28,122 nucleotides of DNA from Acetobacteraceae bacterium (GTDB taxonomy: Bacteria; Pseudomonadota; Alphaproteobacteria; Acetobacterales; Acetobacteraceae), in NCBI GenBank assembly GCA_041910415.1, contig JAYRQX010000462.1:1-28122 (forward strand). The letters run 5' to 3'. Within the stretch, counting starts at the first letter, position 1, and each line of letters starts with the position of its first letter. A model generated the notes under the pieces. The model was not told where the DNA came from. It ran no database searches and saw only the letters and a list, made by a program, of their open reading frames with translations. Positions 25,626 to 28,122 of this stretch are shown piece by piece. The position numbers and the translations under genes are program-made.

Positions 25626-26572
25626 TGCAGCCGCACCCTGGGATCGGCGGCGACGTGCAGGATATCGGCCATCAGGTTGCCGACGATGACCATGATGGCG
25701 GTCAGCATCAGCACGCCCATGATGACGGGGTAGTCGCGATAGCCGATCGAATCGAGGAAGAGCCGTCCCATCCCGGGCCAGGTGAAGACGGTCTCGGTCA
25801 CCAGCGCGCCGCTCAGCAGGGTGGGAAATTCCAGCCCCGCCAGCGTGATCATCGGCAGCAGCGCGTTGCGCAGCGCATGGCCCGCCAGCACCGCACCCTG
25901 CGACAGTCCCTTGGCCCGCGCGGTGCGGACATAGTCCTGCGACAGCACCTCCAGCATGGCCGCGCGCATGAAGCGGCTCCAGATCGCGGTCGTCACCAAC
26001 CCCAGCACGAGGGCCGGCCCGATCAGGTGGTGGAGCGAGACCCAGAATCCTGCATCGCCGACGGGTGCGATATTGCCCGGCGGCAGCCAGCGAAGCTCGA
26101 TCGAGAACACATAGATGACGACCAGCCCGAACCAGAAGGTGGGAATGGACAGCGCGATCATCGCCCCGATCGTCGCGACCTGGTCCATGAGGGAATAACG
26201 CCTGATCGCGCTCAACACACCGATGGCGCAGCCGAGCAGCACGGCGAAGAGCAAGGCCGTCAGCATCAGCCGGAAGGTCGCCCCGATGCGCGATGCGATG
26301 ACCAGCAGTACCGGCATGTCGTCGCGGTAGGACCGGCCCCAGTCGCCGCGCAGCAGCCCCCAGGCCCAATCCGCGTATTGCACGACGATCGGCCGGTCGA
26401 GCCCCATCTGCGTTGCCAGCCGGCGCAGATCCTCCTCGTTCATGCCCGGGGTGTTGGCGAATTGCGACATCGGCCCGCCCGGCGTCAGGTGCAACAGGGC
26501 GAAGCCGATCATGGAGACGAGTACCACAAGCAGCACGCCTTGCGCGAAGCGCCGGATCAGGAAGCGCGTCAT
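25622..26572 (-). CDS. Peptide/nickel-type ABC permease, DppB-like
   Basis: FLIRR, GDWGRSY, SIPTFW, DYVRTARAKGL, ETVFTWPGMG and RDYPV. Confidence 0.94.
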   Translation of the reverse strand: MTRFLIRRFAQGVLLVVLVSMIGFALLHLTPGGPMSQFANTPGMNEEDLRRLATQMGLDRPIVVQYADWAWGLLRGDWGRSYRDDMPVLLVIASRIGATFRLMLTALLFAVLLGCAIGVLSAIRRYSLMDQVATIGAMIALSIPTFWFGLVVIYVFSIELRWLPPGNIAPVGDAGFWVSLHHLIGPALVLGLVTTAIWSRFMRAAMLEVLSQDYVRTARAKGLSQGAVLAGHALRNALLPMITLAGLEFPTLLSGALVTETVFTWPGMGRLFLDSIGYRDYPVIMGVLMLTAIMVIVGNLMADILHVAADPRVRLQ

Positions 26573-26582
26573 ACCGCCGGGC

Positions 26583-28121
26583 TCAGGGCGCCCAGTACCA
26601 TTCTCGCATGTTCCAGCAGTTCGAGCGGTAGTTCACGTTGGCCCTGAAGCCATGCAGGTTCGCCTTGGTGCCCTCGCCCAGGTTGGTCTGGAACAAGGGG
26701 AGGTAGGGCAGGTCGCCGCGCACGATCTCCTGCACGCGCAGGTAGTTCCGCTTGCGCTGCTCGCGGTCCAGCAAGCCGACGCTGTCGCGGACCAGGGTGT
26801 CCACCTCCGGGTTGGAATACTGCATGGTGTTGGAGCCGCTTCCCGTCCGGACCGGGATCGCCCAGCTGCCCAGGCGGTCCGACACGTCGGGGTCGCCCGC
26901 GACGGGGAAGATGGCGCCGACAATCGTCGTCTGCCACTGGCTCTGGCGCCAGAAATCGCCCCACATCACGGCGGCGGGGAAATTGCGGATGCTCATCTGC
27001 ACGCCGAGCGGCTGCCACATCTGCTGCAGGAATTGCTGCATCTGCTCGCGCAGATGGCTGCCGACCACGGTGGAACACTCGAAGGACAGCCGCACGCCGT
27101 TCTTCTCCCGCACTCCGCCCGCACCGCGGCGCCAGCCTGCCTGGTCGAGTACGCGCCCCGCCTCCGCCATGTCGAAGCGATGCGCCGGCAGGTTGCCGTG
27201 GAACGCCCAGTTCTCGTACGGCAGATACGTCTCGGTTGGACGGTTGACGTTGTAGAACAGGTCGCGAAGGATCGTCTGCTTGTCGAGGGCGAGGTAGAGC
27301 GCCCGGCGCACCGCCGCGTCCTGGAACACCGGCAGGCCGTTGTTGAACATAAAGCTCTGGAGAAAGGCGGTCGGCGAAACGTGCAGCGTGACGCCGCGCG
27401 CGCGGCGCACTTCCTCGTGGTTGTCGGCGGTGATGCCGTCAATGCCGACGGCATCCACCGAGCCGGCGACGAACTGGGTCTTCATCACGGTCGGGTCGGG
27501 GACGTATTTGAAGACGATGCGCTCCACGTAGGGGCCGTCCCCATGGTAGCGCTCGTTGGCATCGAGGCGGATATAGTCCCCCGGCCGGCGCTCGCCCCAC
27601 TTGAAGGCGCCGGTGCCGATCGGGTTGTTGTTGAAACCGGCGTCCCGCGTCATCGCCCCCGCGCCCGGGACGTGCTTCGGCACGATCATCGTCCAGGCGA
27701 GGATGTTGAAGTAGGGCGCGAAGAAGCGCTCCATGCGCCAGGTGATCTCGGTCGCGCTCACCACCTGGATGTCGCGCACCAGGCTGTGGCCGTTGCGGGT
27801 GAAGGCCGGGAAGTCCCGATTCTGCAGCAATTCGATCGTGAACTTCACGTCCTCGGCCGTGAAGGGGTGGCCATCGTGCCAAGTCACGCCGGGGCGCAGC
27901 TTGATCCGCCAGGCCAGGCCATCGGCGGAGAGTCCGCCATTCGCGACGGTCGGGATCTCGGTGGCCAGGTTCGGCGAGAGGCTCCCATCCGGCTCGACGC
28001 GCCACAGCGCGTCGAAGACATTGAGCATCACGCCCTCGTCCACCTCGATCCTAGCTTGCAGGGGATGGAAGCGCGTGGGTTCCTGCGTCAGGCCGAGCAC
28101 CACCTGGCCGCGCCGGCCGCT
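26583..28121 (-). CDS. Peptide/nickel-type ABC substrate-binding protein (family 5), 5'-truncated by the window edge
   Basis: Frame is open to the window end. LRPGVTWHDGHPFTAEDVKFT family-5 signature, PIGTGAF, VRRALYLALD, A..LDQAGW and LPYLPL. Confidence 0.93.
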   Translation of the reverse strand, partial: SGRRGQVVLGLTQEPTRFHPLQARIEVDEGVMLNVFDALWRVEPDGSLSPNLATEIPTVANGGLSADGLAWRIKLRPGVTWHDGHPFTAEDVKFTIELLQNRDFPAFTRNGHSLVRDIQVVSATEITWRMERFFAPYFNILAWTMIVPKHVPGAGAMTRDAGFNNNPIGTGAFKWGERRPGDYIRLDANERYHGDGPYVERIVFKYVPDPTVMKTQFVAGSVDAVGIDGITADNHEEVRRARGVTLHVSPTAFLQSFMFNNGLPVFQDAAVRRALYLALDKQTILRDLFYNVNRPTETYLPYENWAFHGNLPAHRFDMAEAGRVLDQAGWRRGAGGVREKNGVRLSFECSTVVGSHLREQMQQFLQQMWQPLGVQMSIRNFPAAVMWGDFWRQSQWQTTIVGAIFPVAGDPDVSDRLGSWAIPVRTGSGSNTMQYSNPEVDTLVRDSVGLLDREQRKRNYLRVQEIVRGDLPYLPLFQTNLGEGTKANLHGFRANVNYRSNCWNMREWYWAP

Positions 28122-28122
28122 C

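Overview
A very GC-rich, gene-dense window of catabolic and transport genes. The style (four Bug/TctC binding proteins, Roseomonas-like gene content) suggests an alphaproteobacterium such as Acetobacteraceae; this is inference. I found no rRNA, tRNA, CRISPR array or mobile element. Left to right: a split NDP-forming acyl-CoA ligase with a Bug protein; a leftward arm (GntR, GMC oxidoreductase, Bug, ComD/ComE-like ThDP decarboxylase pair); a rightward operon; two more Bug proteins and an alpha/beta hydrolase; a Pot-like ABC system with an SDR; a CinA-like protein with a degenerate deamidase domain; and a Dpp-like ABC system with a class III aminotransferase and a DAO-family oxidoreductase. The standout is the rightward operon at 8103-12980. 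It encodes an orphan multi-pass transporter, a CADD-like heme-oxygenase-like diiron (HDO) protein, two [2Fe-2S] ferredoxins flanking a small Cys-free unknown protein, a GlcG/HbpS-family protein and a [2Fe-2S]/FAD/NAD(P)H reductase. It is divergent from a GntR gene, with two copies of a 12-bp palindrome in the intergenic region. It looks like a multicomponent oxygenase built on an HDO fold with its own electron-transfer chain. I know of no characterised system with this composition, and the substrate cannot be read from the sequence. All family calls come from motif recognition by eye; no database searches were run.
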